Source of the DNA: an uncultured Gemmatimonadales bacterium
GTDB lineage: Bacteria > Gemmatimonadota > Gemmatimonadetes > Longimicrobiales > RSA9
Direction: 5' to 3'
Assembly (NCBI GenBank): GCA_963708135.1
Contig: OY970192.1
Coordinates: 5,120,001 to 5,184,000, forward strand
DNA length: 64,000 nt
Part shown: piece after piece, positions 61,407-64,000 of the stretch
Layout: each line of letters opens with the position of its first letter
How positions within the stretch are numbered: the stretch's first letter is position 1
The notes under the pieces: generated by a model
The model's database searches: none
The model's input: only the letters and a program-made list of their open reading frames with translations
What the model was told of the DNA's origin: nothing
Translations under genes and position numbers: made by a program

Positions 61407-62594
61407 ATGGACACGCAGGTCATGGCCTGGCGGGCGGAGACGCCCGCGGCGGCGGCGGGGCTGATCCACCTGAACAACGCGGGCGCGGCGCTCATGCCGA
61501 CGCCCGTACTGGACGCGATCACGGAGCACCTGAAGCGCGAGGTCGCGCACGGCGGCTACGAGGCGGCGGAGGCAGCGGCCTCCGAGATCGAGGTCGCCTA
61601 CACGGCGCTCGGGAGGCTGCTCTCGGCCGAGCCGCGCAACATCGCGATCATGGAGAACTCGACCGCCGCGTTCGCGCAGGCGCTCTCCGCCTTCGACCTG
61701 CGCCGCGGCGACGTGATCGTCACCAGCCGAAACGACTACATCTCCAACCAGCTCATGTACCTCTCGCTGGCGAGGCGCGCCGGGGTGGAGTTCGTCCGCG
61801 CCGAGGACCTGCCCGAGGGCGGCATCGATCCGCAGGCGGTGAGGGAGATCCTGCGCCGCCGCCGGCCGACGCTCGTGGCCGTGACGTGGGTGCCGACCAA
61901 CTCCGGCCTCGTCCAGCCCGTCGAGGCGGTGGGCCGCGTCTGCGAGGACGCGGGCGTGCCGTACCTGATCGACGCCTGCCAGGCGGCGGGCCAGATCCCG
62001 ATCGATGTGGCCGCCCTGCGCTGCGACTTCCTCTCCGCCACCGCCCGCAAGTTCCTGCGTGGGCCGCGCGGCATCGGCTTCCTGTACGTAGCCGACCGCG
62101 TGCTCGACAGCGGCGCGCACCCGCTCTACCTCGATATGCGCGGCGCGCGCTGGACCGACGAGAACACCTTCCAGCTCGCCGAGTCGGCGCACCGCTTCGA
62201 GAACTGGGAGTTCTCCTACGCGCTCGTCCTCGGCCTCGCCGAGGCCGTGCTCTATGCGCTCGAGGTCGGCGTCGAGGAGGGCGGCCGGCGCGCCCGCGAG
62301 CTGGCCGCCTACGCGCGCCGCCGACTGGAGGAGATCGAGGGACTGCGCGTCCTCGACCGCGGGCCCGAGCTGTGCGCCATCGTCACCGTCGAGGTCGCCG
62401 GAGTCGCCGCCGAGACCGCCGTCGCCCGCCTGCGCGAGTGGGGCATCAACACCAGCGCCACCCTGCGCGAGTATGCCGTGCTCGACATGGCGGACAAGCA
62501 CGCGGACTCCGCCGTCCGCCTCTCGCCCCACTACTACAACACCGCCGCCGAGATCGACAGCGCCGTGGCCGCGCTGCAGTCGCTGCTGGAGTAG
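61407..62594 (+). CDS. Aminotransferase class V / cysteine desulfurase-like PLP enzyme
   Basis: HLNNAGA, IDACQAAG, SATARKFLRGPRG and RLSPHYYNT. Confidence 0.9.
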   Translation: MDTQVMAWRAETPAAAAGLIHLNNAGAALMPTPVLDAITEHLKREVAHGGYEAAEAAASEIEVAYTALGRLLSAEPRNIAIMENSTAAFAQALSAFDLRRGDVIVTSRNDYISNQLMYLSLARRAGVEFVRAEDLPEGGIDPQAVREILRRRRPTLVAVTWVPTNSGLVQPVEAVGRVCEDAGVPYLIDACQAAGQIPIDVAALRCDFLSATARKFLRGPRGIGFLYVADRVLDSGAHPLYLDMRGARWTDENTFQLAESAHRFENWEFSYALVLGLAEAVLYALEVGVEEGGRRARELAAYARRRLEEIEGLRVLDRGPELCAIVTVEVAGVAAETAVARLREWGINTSATLREYAVLDMADKHADSAVRLSPHYYNTAAEIDSAVAALQSLLE

Positions 62595-62627
62595 CGGATC
62601 GGCGGGGCCCGCTGTCGCGGCGCCTCA

Positions 62628-63066
62628 GCCAGTGCCGGGAACGGCCGGATTCGGATTCCAGGGCCCGCGCCCCTGGATTCGGATTCGGATGGGTTGAACG
62701 GCGGGCGGCGGACCCGGCCCTGCTCGGACGCGCGCCGTGCGCGCCGACGCATCGAGGCCGCGAGGGGAGGACCATCCACACCGGGATGCGGGGTGTGGGA
62801 TGCGGGTTGCGGGAGGCGGGATGGGGATGGCGGGATGGCGGGATGGCGGGATATGCGGGATGCGGGATGGCGGCGGGCCCGGGAGGGTAGGAAAGTCCCC
62901 ACGCGTCGGCCGTGGAAACGGCGGTTGGGGACTTGACTGCGAATAGCGCGGCAAAGTCCCCAATCGTTCCAGTCGAGCTCCGACCCGTGGGGAGTTGACG
63001 ACGAATAGCGCGGTCAACTCCCCAACCGGTTCTGCGCCGGGGCACGCGTGGGGAGTTCACCGCGGC
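62628..63066 (-). repeat. Element B copy 2, inverted relative to copy 1, with an inserted GCGGGAT(G) microsatellite
   Basis: Its reverse complement is colinear with 45758-46080. Confidence 0.82.
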
Positions 63067-63359
63067 CGCCACCATCACGAAGGAGGTATTGAATGTCGAT
63101 TCGAGGACGTCGAAGCCGTTCCCGGCGATGAGGGGTTGCGCGCGGCCCTGATCTGCCTCCCCATGGGGTGAGACCCCGCCGCGTGTCCGTTTCCGGGACG
63201 GAGCGTTCGCGACCGTGCATGCGGAAGCGCGCTGGAGGTTTCCGTCGAATCGTCGCAAGCGCTTATGCGCCTTGTCGATACGGTTCCAGTACGTCGCCTG
63301 GCACCGCTCTTCCCTTGCTCCGTCCCCGGCACCACGACCGGATCCCGAGGAGAGAGCGG

Positions 63360-64000
63360 ATGTATACGGTTCCCGATCGGCGGCGGAGCGCCGCCTCCTG
63401 GCTGACCTTCCTGCTGGGCGGCGCCCTGGCGGCGTCGCCGGCGCTCGCGCAGCGGCCTACCCCGGCGGCCGCCGACAGCGCCGCGCCGGCCGCCGCGCCG
63501 GCCGCCGCGCCGGCCGCCACGCCCGCGGCGGGCGACAGCGCGGCGCGGGCGACGCTCTCGCTCGAGGACGCGCTCGTGCTGGCGCGAAGGAACAATCCGA
63601 CGCTGCAGATCGCGCGCGACCGCGAAGTGGACGCGGACTGGGCGGTCCGCGAAGCCTACGCGCAGCTGCTGCCGTCGGCGGACGTGTCCACCGGGTTCCA
63701 ATACCAGGCCTCGGGGACGCCGCAGTTCGGCATCATCTCGGGCGCGGACCTGGGCCTCTCGCGCACGCCGGCGTACTACTTCTCGAGCTACAACCTGTCG
63801 CTCGGCTACACGCTCAGCGGCACCCGCCTCTTCGCGCCGAAGCAGCAGCGGGCGAATCAGCGGGCGGTCGAGGCGGACGTGGGGGTGGCGGAGTTCCAGC
63901 TCGTGAGCGACGTGACGCGCCAGTACATGACGGTGCTGCGGGCGCAGGATGGCGTGACGCTGTCGAAGCAGCAGCTCGACGAGGCGCGGGACAACTACAC
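63360..64000 (+). CDS. TolC-family outer-membrane efflux protein, running off the window end
   Basis: Signal peptide, TLSLEDALVLARRNNPTLQ, AYAQLLPS and DVTRQYMTVLRAQ. Confidence 0.8.
   Translation, partial: MYTVPDRRRSAASWLTFLLGGALAASPALAQRPTPAAADSAAPAAAPAAAPAATPAAGDSAARATLSLEDALVLARRNNPTLQIARDREVDADWAVREAYAQLLPSADVSTGFQYQASGTPQFGIISGADLGLSRTPAYYFSSYNLSLGYTLSGTRLFAPKQQRANQRAVEADVGVAEFQLVSDVTRQYMTVLRAQDGVTLSKQQLDEARDNY

Noticed and set aside
20400..64000. Numerous long antisense or overlapping Arg/Ala/Gly/Pro-rich ORFs
   Set aside because: They are shadow ORFs expected at very high GC, overlapping well-supported genes and lacking motifs.
1..64000. tRNA or rRNA genes
   Set aside because: None was recognised.

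Overview
Very GC-rich bacterial DNA; SusC/SusD-type genes plus high GC suggest Gemmatimonadota (inference only). The first 20.5 kb is a type I-G (I-U) CRISPR-Cas locus. Every interference gene is damaged: csb2 copy 1 is 5'-truncated, cas3 is frameshifted, cas8g is split by IS630, and cas7 plus the 5' half of csb2 copy 2 are missing at an IS1182 site. The cas4-cas1 fusion, cas2, the leader and an array of 67 identical 36-bp repeats look intact. Two divergent IS4-family elements sit in the array, and each 9-bp target duplication abuts a spacer-repeat junction exactly. Two decayed toxin-antitoxin modules (VapBC, MNT-HEPN) lie at the edge of and inside the cas operon. The rest is mostly metabolic and envelope genes plus an IS1634. 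The intergenic DNA is rich in structured repeats: a four-helix-bundle gene enclosed in a 64-bp inverted repeat (IVS-like cassette), a ~350-400-bp dispersed element in four full or partial copies, a MITE/REPIN-like palindrome element in two inverted copies, and several tandem arrays. All calls come from reading the sequence by eye, and single-base frameshifts could be assembly errors.
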